Shown: piece by piece, positions 51,660 to 63,886 of the stretch
How the letters are laid out: each line of letters starts with the position of its first letter
Numbering within the stretch: the first letter of the stretch is position 1
Assembly: GCA_038496445.1 (NCBI GenBank)
Contig: JALMLS010000418.1
Location: forward strand, 62,001-126,000
Origin: Trichosphaerium sp. ATCC 40318
Taxonomy: Eukaryota; Protista; Tubulinea
Direction of reading: 5' to 3'
Length of the DNA: 64,000 bases
Position numbers and translations under genes: made by a program
Notes under the pieces: generated by a model
Database searches by the model: none
What the model was told of the DNA's origin: nothing
What the model saw: the letters and a program-made list of their open reading frames with translations, nothing else

Positions 51660-54600
51660 CAAAATATGAGAAGTATTCGTATTCATGAATGTGGTGGCCT
51701 TCACAGTGTATGTGGGTTTAAAGTAGCATTTAATTAAGCTGTGGGCGTTCCAATCTGCATAACGTTGTAGATTGCAACCTTGCAACCCAAATTGGGTTCT
51801 AGCAAGAGATGCTATACTGCATGCTGAAGCAAACTACCGAAGCAAACATGTGCAATATGGAAGGTATGAATAACATTTTTAGCGTATCACGTGATAGCCA
51901 ACAATGTGTTGCAAAGCATACTTATTTTGTAGGGTTTTACAAGAAGAGGTTTAGGTGTAAATGCATACAGTAGATCCAGTAAAGGAAGATTTTGTATACC
52001 TGACACATGAGACAAGAGTTTACAAATCCTAAGCTGTAAAAACCATAAAAGACTTTTTGTAGCTGGTGTTTGCAAAAGCTATTGTAGAATAAATACATTT
52101 GCTTATTGAGATGTTTGACAAGGTTCAGTACTTCAAATCACTTATCATAGTCTATATTGTATACTGACAGGAGAGCACTAGTTTTAGGCCAATCCGTACA
52201 ATGTGAATAAACAGATTTAACAAATTCTGACCAATCTGAGTTTTGAGCTGTGCAACAATAAATGTACCTAAAGTGGTTTTTTAGCTAACAATTGTAAACG
52301 ATGGAGATGTAATACAATAGTTTGTCGAAGAACTCTATGCCGACAAGTACTTGATACTTGTTAATGATATCCATGGCATCATCCCAAGCCTGTTGTTGCA
52401 TAGAGTACACAAATGCTTGCTGCACAAAAGGCTTAAAAAAATAGTCTTTTTCCCAATCCTCAATGCTACTATTGTGTTGTTAACTAAAGTTCAACTGTTT
52501 TCAGGGTGTACTTTGCTACTCCTTCTTTAAGGATTTCAAACACTGTCCTATCATCAATATACATCAAGTATGTAGACATGTATTTTTTAATGTCTGCCCT
52601 AGTTTTCGCAGAAGACATTTGGGAAACAGCTAACTCGAAGGCACGTGCAACTCCCTTTTTGTGTTTTATATTAAAACTCTCTTCTTTCGCTGCTTCATCA
52701 AGTGCATTGATCGCAACCTTATTTCTTATCTCATTACTTAGAGAAGACCAAGGTACGCTCCAACTCTTCCCGACAAGGTTACTCTGAGACATGGCGACTT
52801 CAAAATCATCTGAAGCCAATGCTACTTCCATTGTGTACTTTTGATAAAGCGACTGTAACAAGTGTTAACACGTGCTATAAAATTGAGGTTTAGTACGAAC
52901 TTGACAACCCATCCAATCAGCAGCGATTTGTGCTTCTTTGAGGGCGTTTACTTTGTCCTCAATTATTGGCAACGTAGTTCCGTTTTTGATATCTTGTAAT
53001 ATGCCTATATGACATCTTAACATGTGAATGAGTGCGATGGTGAATGAACCGTACGTTTAACACCTTTCAAGGTGACATTGTTTCCAAGTTTAAGTACAGC
53101 TTCTTTTGAACTGCTCTTGCTGACTTCAAGTTGATTGGCGATAACAGGGACTTGCTTTGCGACAGTTGTTTCTACTTTAAACTGAGAAATCAACTGTTCG
53201 TCCTTCCACACCTCTATTAAATTAACGACTCATAGATTTATTGGTAACTTACGGATCGCTAACATTAGATGTCTCTGAGCGGAAAACTGTAGAAATGTTG
53301 AAAATGCATAACTTACCCGAATTTTGCTTAAGGCAAATATGTCGCGTAGCGCTACACCAAAAGTGTATTATTATCGCAATACAAGGGGTGAGGTGTAGAT
53401 CTACACGACATGTATACAGAATCATGAGATATTAGCTACCAAGTAATGGTATTGGAGAAAGCAATATAAGACTTTAGCGGTTTCTAAGTTCATAATGAAC
53501 AGTTGATAACTAGAGGCAGAACGTAGGTGAACAGTAATTTTTTTCTTTGTAGTACATGCTCTCTTTTGTTGTCTCTAATATCTCTCCATTCAATGGTGTC
53601 AATCAGTTTGCAATCTTCTTTGCATGTTCATTGTTTTGGAACAAAGTAATGCAATAACACGGCTTCGATCTAGAAATTTATGGGCATAAGAACAACTTTG
53701 ACAAATTAAATACTTACCTATACCTTGCGACAAACTTGGAGGAAGCTATAGACAAGAAAAACATGATAAGAAAAGAGTTGGAAGGAAGAAAAATTCAGAT
53801 GTTGTCTGGTAAGAAAAAAAGAAGAAAAAAAAAAGTAGCTCGTTTTTCTTACCACTTCGTTTAGGATGTACTTCATTACAGGTCCATCTATAGGAAAATG
53901 ATCTTCATCTCTTGCAATGCGTATGTAGTTATTGAATACAAATGTTTTATGGTTACGGACTATAACCTTAAAACGTTTGAGAATAGTAGTACGCTTTACT
54001 TCATCTTCCAATCCTAGAAAACAATAACTTGTATCAGTACGTTTGGTTTTTGTTTCTTGTCATGTCCGTTCAGTCAAGTACGTAGAAATAATCTTCTGTT
54101 AGTTTCATGCCTCCAAAAGTGCTCTAATTGAGACCTTACTGTTTTAGATAGAATCCAGCTACGCCACCATAAAGAGAGCACTTTTTGGAGACAAGAACAT
54201 GGCTATAACTTGCTAATTATCATGTGCGTACCTGCATCATGAGGTGATGACGAGATTCGCAATAGTTCTTGTATCCTTGGTGAACTTGTTTCGTATTCCT
54301 CGTTAGCAAGTACCTCGATGGTATGCTCTAATTCATTACACATATGCTCGGGTATCCTATACTTTTGTTTAGTTGTCTCAAACAGAAGAAAAAGTTAATA
54401 TTTAAAAAAGTTACCTTGGTCTTTGAGAAGCAGGTACACCTTCCCACATTTGTTCTGAAAGTATTTTATGCTCTATGAAGTTGTACAAGTTCATGATAAT
54501 ATTGAAAACACTCTAAAAAACTGTTAATAATAGCCACACGGTGTTGTTTGTATTTTTTTTTTGTTTGAGCTAGAAACTTCATTTAATCAATAAGTACCTC

Positions 54601-56178
54601 AACTGACTCTCCTTCTACATTCAACCCTTCCAAGTTCATACTTGTTAGTACTTCCCTGCAGTGAGCAACAAATTCTTCATCTTTAGCACATTTATCTTCA
54701 TCCTCCTCTAAGTTCTTGTTTAACATCCAAAAGAAAAGAACAAAACATAAATCTCATTTTTTTCTTACGAATATTCATTGCGAACATTCTGAATGGATTC
54801 TTTTCATCTTCCATGCTTTCGCTCCAGTTTTTCTTTTTGGCAGGCTACATAGCATTTATAAGAATAAAACAATCACATACCATTAAACAAAGAAAGTGTG
54901 TAGCGTACAACTGATGTTGATGGGTCAAAATCTACAGCTGCTTGGTTTGCAATCTGAGTGTCGATGTACTCGCGAATATTGAACACAAATGGTTCAACGC
55001 CAAAATTCACTTTAACTGTTTCTCCAAAGCTATGAAGTCCAACTAGGAAATGAAACGATGGTGCACTTTGCAAATTCTAGAAGCAAAGAAATGAGCACTC
55101 AAACAAAAATTGGAAGAACGGAAACAAATTACTACTCCAAGACCATACCTCTACAGCAACACCAACCATCTTTCCGTTTTTAGTGTAGAATAACTCCTTT
55201 GTAGGAAAATTGATACCACAGCCAATAACGTCACCTTGTAACACGACAGTCAGTAGAAAACAGAACGCTTGTTGTAGTACCAGTTGTATAAACTGGTCCC
55301 CATTTAAGTCCGAATCCTCCTCCTTTATAAAACCGTCCATCATCACCATGATACCCATAGGACTCAGGCTTCCATCCAGGTTGAGCTTTGGTTTTAGGAA
55401 ATCCTTCCAGGCCAATACCGATACCGATATAACTAGAGGAAGTCAACCAGATTAGAGCATTTTAAACGTAGTCAAGTTACTGCAAAAAATCTCACCCGTG
55501 CTCTCCACTGGTTACTATTTTCGCTTCAAAGTATGCTACAGTACAAGCATTACCAAATGGTAGGATTGGAGCTGGCAAAATGCTTTGTGCGGACCATAAG
55601 AGTCAATAGAAATAAAGTCACAAAAAAATATTAATATAAAATGTCGTTTCTTGGTTTTTTGCGGATACACCAACTGTGTCTGATTCCTCGCAGTTGTGAC
55701 CAATGTACTCAAGAGTCATTTTATCATTAGAAAGAGTTACACATGAAGTGAGTAAGTCTGAACAAACATGAGACATCAAAATATTACCAACTGCACACAG
55801 TGTACCTTTGTCGTCTAAGTGCATTGACAATATTTTGTCCCACAATCCAACACGACTGACGAATAACGATCTCCATGTTTTGTGTGTTGCAGGTAACTGG
55901 AATTGGCGTATTGTACGGGCACATAGACTGCGCTAAAGCGCTCTTAGAGGAAAAGTTCTAATAATCAATCAAAATGCGTACCCACAAGTTTTCTTTTTGT
56001 AGCACTTTAGACCACAGCGTACAGACAGGAGCTAAGTTAGCAATATTTCGTAGCGGTAAATACGAAATGATACTGTCAAACACCTAAAACACGTTACTAT
56101 CGCAGATTAGACAAATTAGTTGACCTCTAATGGCACAATAGCGACAAATGACCCGTTAGGTTCCTTGAACTCCTCCAT
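51660..56178 (-). CDS. F-box plus SPRY (RanBP9/10-type) protein with a long unknown C-terminus (multi-exon, 3' end approximate)
   Basis: VPLEVFDSIISYLPLRNIANLAPVCTLW (F-box); AYFEAKI, PGWKPESYGYHGDDG, TTGDVIGCGIN and VKVNFGVEPFVF (SPRY). Confidence 0.85.
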
Positions 56179-56439
56179 GAAATACTTTAGGCGATAATAC
56201 TTACAAGCGTTGCTTTCAGTACAAAAAACAAGAAAGTTGCTCACAAGCACGTTCAGTGATTTCTTGGCTTAAGTCAGTCAAAAAAAAAACCTGTTGATCA
56301 GTTGACTTTTTCTCATTCCGCAGAGCGTAAATCGCGGCGTAAGGTTAGGTTTGCCTGCACACTCTTAACGGCTTTTTGTAACGCTAACAAGCTAGCCAAA
56401 TAATAGTGAGTCTATGCTGTACAAAGGTGTTTCTTTATT

Positions 56440-57809
56440 TCATTTAAGATTGATTCTTTCGATATTGATTTGGTCAAGTCTGCGTCTTGTTTCATCAAGA
56501 ATAGGTGCCGTAGAGCATCGTTGCTTTACCATCTCTTTCATTAACGCAGTATTGAAAGGATGCATTGCGCCATGTGTTAAACACAAGTGCTTAACTGAAT
56601 CAGTAAGCCACCGACAAGATTCCTCAGAAGAGCACATTCTTGTTTCTTGACAAAAGTTAATCATCTCATAAGCTAGACGAGTATGTGTAGCACTATCACC
56701 GTCCAATTCAGAGTCTAAAAATAATACAATAAGCAAAAGAACAACAACGGCAAAAGGTACCCAGAAAAAGGGTAAACTCGATTTTTCGAGTCAATTTCAA
56801 AAAAATACGTACCAATCAAATCTGATATTACTCTCGCCATAGGGAGTACTTTTTGGTCAGAACGTGACATCATGTCAGGTAGTACACGTGTTAATAGATG
56901 GTTGAGTTTGTTCACACCGTCATTATTATTGATGGTACAAGCTTGACACAAGCACTCAAATCCAAGCTTATTGTTACGAATTGTTTTTGGTTCATGGATT
57001 GGTATGTATGCTATTGTAATCTCTTCTCCTTTCTTAATTTTCTTTGTGGCACGTATAACAACTTGTTGACCATAATTAGGGTTATCAATCTGCATATTGG
57101 CAAGAGAAGCATAGCAATTTGGTTGACAAGAGTGATTAATCCTCGATAATAAAAAACTAAAGACGCCATGTCCATCTATGAATCGTCCATAGTCGCGCCA
57201 AACACCCGCGAGTGCAGCAACAAGTAGTGGAAATTCTATACCATGATATGTAGTAAACATTGTAAAGTTACTTGGAAAGTCCTACAACGTATTCGTTACA
57301 CATGACATTCATTAAAAAATACATCAAAAAAAAAAAAGAAGAAAATAAGATTGTCACTTTAGAAAGCCTATGGAGCCTTTTTACTTTACCTGGAAATGAT
57401 GTACTTCTTCTTCTGCTACTTCAATGTCTATCAGGCGGTCGAAGGCAACGTGATAACTTCTTGGACAACTCAGAAAGTAAAATATAAGGGATTGAACAGG
57501 ATCATTATCTTTGTCTATTTTCATTTGATGACATTCTTGCTTGAATATAACTGTTCCAGGCTCCACGGTAGCTGTACTAAACATGCCCAAACCTTTTCCA
57601 ATGGACGTTCTTATCTCAAAAGGTCGTCCTGGTTGCCTCCAAAGCTCCGAATCGTCTGTTGATTGGTAATGGTATTCAACAATACTTGCCACAGAATAAA
57701 ATCCATATAGTGCTAACAAACCGCCCAACGCAATACCCAAGAAGTATAACGCGTCAAGGGCTTGTTCTTTAGTGGTTTTTCTGCGTTTTTGTGTGGTGAC
57801 TTGTTTCAT
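56440..57809 (-). CDS. SET-domain (SMYD-like) methyltransferase with an N-terminal transmembrane helix
   Basis: GKGLGMFST...PGTVIFKQE, SRINHSCQPN, RATKKIKKGEEITIAY and post-SET GFECLCQAC; hydrophobic ALYFLGIALGGLLALYGFYSVASIV. Confidence 0.88.
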
Positions 57810-58345
57810 TGTAGCAAGGACCTTCTTGGGAGGGCTTATGTTAAATTCTACAGTCTCGTCAGAGATTGAAGCGACCAAAAGGAAGCGTACTTTTAAATTT
57901 TGAATCAGTGTCTGTTTTTCCACCCCGTACATCTGATATAAGCTTTGCAAGCTCTTTACGTTGTATTGCAGTTAGCCCAAGCTGAAAATAAAATCAATAG
58001 AACGTTTTTACACTGAAAGGCAGCAACCTTTTGATCTGAGCAATACCGTCGAATTTTGAGCGTAGTTATACAATTTTGAGCTCGAAGAACTTTCGAGATG
58101 TGCTTGTTCGATTTAGCGACGTCTGACGCTTACACAATCATTAGCATATCTAAAACAATCGTCTAATGGATAAGAGGCGTACGATGTGTAACATTTTTGC
58201 TAGAAACCTTGAAAGCACTATGATAACCTCGTCTAAAAGCTAGACGAGACAACATGCTATCTACAGAAACACTGAGCCCACTTAGTAGGGCTTAATCGTT
58301 AAATAATTAAGCAAGGCGGATTTTCACGATTACCAGACTTTATTG

Positions 58346-59892
58346 CTATCCTGAATTCTCTTGAGTATATTTCTTTTGTTGTCTCCTTTCGAATATATCA
58401 CTTTCAGATACAGCCTTTAGCTTTATCGGGTTCTCACCACGTGAGTACTCAAAAGTTTTTTCCAAGCAATGTCGCACTCGAGGTACAATTATTTTATCGT
58501 CACTCTAAAGAATATCAACGTTGTTCTGACAAATAAGAATCACCACGCACCTGAGCCAACACGTGATTATTATCATTATCGGTATTGTTTCTCTCTTGAA
58601 GCCAGGGATGTGTAAGAGCTTGAACAGCTGTAAAGCGCCGTTGAGGAATTGGGTCCATCATATGCTTAATTAAGTCTTTTGCTTGTTCTGAAATATTATC
58701 CCATGAAGTTTCTGGAAAAGTATACTCAGCTCTACTTATACTTTCTAGTAGCTCTTCATCATCTTCAGAGTAGAAAGGAGGTTTCCCCGATAAAATAAAA
58801 TACAATATTACACCAACACTCCATATGTCAACACCATGAGAATAAGCATCTCCTCTATTAACAACAATCTCAGGTGCTGCAAAACGTTAGCAATCCAAAT
58901 AACTAGTAGCGTCTAGTGTTCGTGTACCTATGTAGTCGACAGTCCCACAGGGTGTCGTACAACGATCATCATCCGAAGTGAATCGCGCAAAACCAAAGTC
59001 TAATTACAAACATATTAATCAATTACACTTCATTGTGACCTAGAAAACCCGCACCTGCTATCTTTAATGTGTCTTTTAAAATATCCTCACTACAGCAAAG
59101 AAGTGTTATGGTTAATAACAAGAAAACATCACTAACCTGTCACCCTTCCAAAGCAAATTTTCAAGCTTTCTACAAAAATAAAATAAGGCACGTGATATTT
59201 TTTAAAGAGATCGTCTCTAAAACAAAAACATACAAATCTCGATGGACTATTTGCAAACTGTGTAATTCCTTAACAGCTTCAAGTACTTGTCTAGCAATAA
59301 GTCACATTTTCAACATCAACAATTCACCAATACCGTATTGTATGTGCTGCCTCAACTTCCGAAAACTTGCTGACAGCACTCAGTTTATCAAACAAATCAC
59401 CTCCTTTCATAAGCTCCATCACAATATAATCACAATCTTGCTCCCTCCAAAAAGAATCAATACCCACCTAACCGAAGAATAAGCCAAAGAATACGTAACA
59501 ACAAACCAAAGTCAAATAAAAATAGAATTGTGTACGCACAATGTTGGAATGTGACACCTTTGTCATTATCTGTATTTCTGTTTCTATTCTTCTTCGTGTA
59601 CGCTCACCAATGTCGGAGCGATTGATAATTTTGACGGCGTGTTTTGTGCCTGTGAACAAGCTGTAAAGGTGGAAGCTCTGAAATCACTAAATGAATGTAC
59701 CAGTAGCTTTGTTTTCTGCTAGAAATACCTTCGAGAAACCTCCGCTAATAAACGTTTTAGCACCAACCAAAGTATAAATGTACAATCGCCGTACCACCCA
59801 AGCAGAGTACAGAATTTGTATGCTGCCTTTGATTTAGAGCGGTTTTGAGCAATTTCAGCGGTATTACTCGTAGGTTTTTTAAATACGCTCAT
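58346..59892 (-). CDS. CAMK-group Ser/Thr kinase (CaMK1/RCK/MAPKAPK-like)
   Basis: GGFSKV, HAVKII, HRDLKLENLL, DFGFAR, TTPCGTVDYIAPE and LSGKPPF. Stop TAG at 58346-58348. Confidence 0.93.
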
Positions 59893-60495
59893 GGTCCTAG
59901 TAATATATTTTGCGCGTGTACTGTGCTTGTGTTGTAGTTTGAAGCAATTACTTGAAAATTATATTGTTTGATACAAACGACTCTGTTACGCTAAAAACGC
60001 TGTACGTTAGTGAAAACAAGTTAAACAACGAGTTTCTAGCATACGCGCAACACGCGCTATCGCGTAAAGTTATTAAACGTACAGTAAAACCGCTAAAAGT
60101 TAGTTCTACAATCCTCTTAGTAGCCTTTAACGTGATTTGGTCCAGCAAAATGTGGAATTTTAGTCGACATTCTGTGAACTAAACAAATTGTGAAGCTGTT
60201 TTTCTTGCGTAGTCACGTCGTGAGCATCACCAACCGACCGAGAGAATTTAAATGCAATTGAACAAATGAATCTAGCTCAGTTCTTGTCGTGATAATTAAG
60301 ATGCTATCAAGTTTCGTCTTACTTTGAGTGTCAGAACGAATGACAACACTAAAAGTGGCCAGGAACAGTATATTGTCAGGCTCTATACACGCCGTACGTG
60401 TAAATCCTAAGTTAGCATAATAAACAGAGCGTTGACCCAAGAGTCAACTTAAAACAGTTGGTTAAGGGCCAGCACCAATTGATAGATCAGACGGA

Positions 60496-61187
60496 ATGCG
60501 ATTGTCTATACTTGTTGCTATTGTATGTTGCACGCTTGTTGTGCTCGCGAAAGATCAAGCAGAGTGCTCAAAACTTGGTTTTAACGCCGGTTTGCTCTGC
60601 TCGAGCTGTGAAGAGCTAAAAGTACGTATTAATGATTGCACACATATTTAACTCGTACCCAAGAGCGTCGTTGACGTGGCAAAAACGCCTGGTATGTTAC
60701 AATTATGTTTTATCGCTTACAAACGCTAGGTATATACGAGGAGTGTACAGAATGTTGTAGTAAGGACAAAGAGAGCGAATTGGAGGTAAATGCGTCTTAA
60801 TTAACATGTAGTGACGCCTAACCGGCGCCTATAGAGAGTATTCGTAAGTGCTAGGTTGCGCATTGATAGAAGGAGATTACTGGCATTCCCTCACATCCAA
60901 GGATTTGTACAACAAGAGACAGAGAACAAAGCATTCCCAGGGTTCAAATATCAGGTACTCACAATTACTGTACCAATCACATCTAACAAAAAAAGCACTC
61001 TGTTGGCGTGTACTCACCCAAGCTTGTATTGGAGGATGAGGACGGCAAGAAGCTACAACTGAGGTACAATCAAGAGTACTTCTATTAGATCTATTGTACT
61101 GACACGTGGTGTAGCATTGATAGCTGGAAAGGCACTACAATTGAAGAATTCTTGAAAGAGAAGCTTAAAGGCGCTAAAGAGGATTAG
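60496..61187 (+). CDS. SELENOF: Sep15/SELENOF homolog lacking the CxU/CxC redox motif (6 exons; largely missed by the ORF track)
   Basis: Signal peptide; ECSKLGFNAGLLCSSCEEL...ECTECC (Sep15 Cys-rich domain); FPHIQGFV...PKLVLEDEDG...SIDSWKGTTIEEFLKEKL. Confidence 0.88.
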
Positions 61188-61366
61188 TGTATCATAATAA
61201 AAAGCCAGTTGAGTCTGTTCGTTTAAACTAACTTTCCAAGCTGGTAAAAAGTCACTGCCAACAAGTCAGAAGTCGCTCACGCATGTGGGATAGCGTTTAG
61301 ATGTTCTGTTAAGAGTTTTTATGGCGTTGTTAACTGCAGTGTGAAATTCGGCGCGATAGACATAGA

Positions 61367-63238
61367 ATGCGTGCAATAAACGCGTACGTATGCGTTTAGC
61401 GCTCTGGTTGTTAAAAAACCGAATTAGTACCGCTAATCAATGGAACAATGCGTCAATACGCGCCAAAACGCATGTAATTGCGCAGAAATTAAATGTCAAA
61501 GTGTTAAACGATTGGTATGCAATTACAACAGCAGCGCTTGTTAAAAATGGTGCCAGAGGTATACTGTACGTTAACACTACCTATATAAGCTAAGCATAAC
61601 ATTGTAAAAGCAACCGACACAACAACTCAGTATCTGCTTGCCTAAAGTGCGCTTTTCCGGATTACGCGTGGGATATACGTAAATTCAGGTAAGTGACAAC
61701 TATGTGTTGCGTGCCACGAGCCTAAAATAACATAAACCAGAAATGCGCCCAGAAAATACTGGGATAAAGACCTCCACCGTTCTGCAAAGATTGAGAACGT
61801 TGGACAACAACTATCTATAAAGTCTTTGGATGATTGGTACAGCATAGATTTGTCGGATGCATACCGTTGTGGAGCACACTCAGTTTTGTACGATTGTGCT
61901 TAATAACTTGATTGAACTACCACTCCACTATCTTACTCCTTTGAATTAACATTATTTCCAGGCACGCCTATGGAAACTCCATACACAAGTGCTTGTCGAG
62001 TATTTACCCTCAATACAAGTGGATTCCTTGGCGGTTTAAGTGCGTGCAGTGAATACCACTTAAAAGGTGATCAATAAACTTTCCCTAAAGTTTTTATTCA
62101 GGTCTGCTCCACGCAAATACTGGTCTAGTATAGAGCATCAAAGACATCTATTCAATGATATAGCAAGTGATTTCAATGTTAAAACTCTCAAAGACTGGTA
62201 TAAGATTACCTTACAATCCGTCTTAAATAGAAACGCCGGAGCTGTAATTAAGTAAGTCATGTGACAGTACAAAAACAAATTTCTTTTCAATCTCTTATTT
62301 TGCTATTTCAGACACTACTACAATGGATCACTTTCATGTTGTATATCTACATTGTATCCAAGTTATAAATGGGAACTTTGGAGATTCAAATCGTCACCAA
62401 GAGGTTTTTGGAAGGATATAGAAAATCAAAGAACTTTTTTGAATGCCACTAAGAAAGCTTTACAAATAACATCAAGAGATTATTGGTATAGAACTTCTTA
62501 TGAACAAATAAGTAGTATGGGTGGTCAAGGTATATTAAAGTACTGGCCATACGTACTTAAAGTGGTTGAGCCTTCATACAAATGGGATTGGAGGAAGTTT
62601 TCTTTGACAGGCAAAATGGCAAAGCAAAGGTAACTTTAATCGGACCATGTGTCAATATTTTTTAACATTTCTTTGATTAGGCAACTTGTCAAGTATGTTC
62701 AACGTCTATTCCCAGGATTGCGAATTATGGAAGATCACTGTGTTGGGTTTAGTACTTCTAATCAAGAGAACATAACAGTTGATGTTTATGTTCCTTATCT
62801 TAATTTAGCTTTTGAATATCAAGGCACACTTATTAGTATTGAACGTTTGGATGCTTACTTATACATAGGAGAACACCATTATACTGATGGAGTGTTCTTT
62901 ACAGAACAATATTCTGTTATACAAAAATCACGTGACACAGAGAAACTTCAGTATTGTACAGACATGGGTAAGTCCTTTTTGAATCAAATTTTGTTGCGAA
63001 TGTCAATTTACTTGGTTGAGTTTAATACTTAGGTATGACTTTGGTTACTATTCCTTTTTGGTGGTCCTATGATATAAATACTCTAGCAGCAACCATTAAG
63101 CATCAAGCGCCGCATATAAAATTTGAAAGGCGAGAAGTATTTGGTACACCACTTACAGACGAACAACCAAATATGTACAGTAAAAAAACACAAGTTCTAA
63201 CTTTCCCGAAAAGCAGAGCTTCAATAAACAGTTTGTAA
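61367..63238 (+). CDS. Tandem-repeat protein with a C-terminal PD-(D/E)xK (Vsr/DUF559-like) nuclease domain (multi-exon)
   Basis: Four ~65-70 aa repeats of PRxYW...LxVKxLxDWYxI...YxxS...YPxYxWxxWxF, then VDVYVPYLNLAFEYQGEHHY...RDTEK...TLVTIPFWW. Confidence 0.8.
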
Positions 63239-63583
63239 TATGGATTGTATTGCCTTCGCAGTTAGTTCCAAAATAACATGTACTAAAGTCACATGGATTG
63301 AGCTTCCCTGGAATTCCATTGAGCTTTGTTGTTGTATAATACCAAAAACCCATAGTTGCAACAGTGAACTACACTGCTGCAAGAAGTGTAAAAAATGTGA
63401 CGCATTTCTACATTTGCACAAAACCTTTGCGCCACCTTAGTGTTTTGTGCTAATATCACTGCCATATATTTCGCGCAGCAGCTGAGTAATTGTGCCACTT
63501 TTTCATGAATGGAATTCTAAGCATTTAAGTCTGTCCAAAAATACCACTTACAGGCGCTCCAACTTGTCAAGCAATAATACAAC

Positions 63584-63886
63584 ATGCAACTATTTATAAA
63601 GACATTAACAGGGAAAACAATAACTATTGAAGTTAAACCTGAAGAAACAATTTACAGTGTAAAAGGGACAATCCACAACATTGAAAAAGTTCCACCTGAT
63701 CAACAGCGCCTTGTTTTTTGTGGAAAAGAACTTGAAGACGAGTGCCACATTAACGACTATAACTTTAACAAGTCAGGAACAGTTCATCTCATACTGAAAC
63801 TGAGCAATTCAGAAAATACCGAAAGACAACACGCAGAGGTTCCTATGTGTACTTATGAACCGAAAAGTAGTTGGTTCTGCTGCTAA
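63584..63886 (+). CDS. Ubiquitin-like protein without a diglycine, with a C-terminal CC motif
   Basis: [17 protein letters not shown]...[16 protein letters not shown]...VHLILKLSN, then an extension ending WFCC-stop. Confidence 0.9.
   Translation: MQLFIKTLTGKTITIEVKPEETIYSVKGTIHNIEKVPPDQQRLVFCGKELEDECHINDYNFNKSGTVHLILKLSNSENTERQHAEVPMCTYEPKSSWFCC

Noticed and set aside
60864-60866. TGA near the Sep15 active-site position as a possible selenocysteine codon
   Set aside because: It is out of frame with both the upstream exon and the downstream FPHIQGFV, and no SECIS was evident.
63153-63500. Short Cys-rich ORFs on both strands
   Set aside because: They overlap in several frames, lack a coherent metal-binding pattern and abut the 3' end of the nuclease gene.
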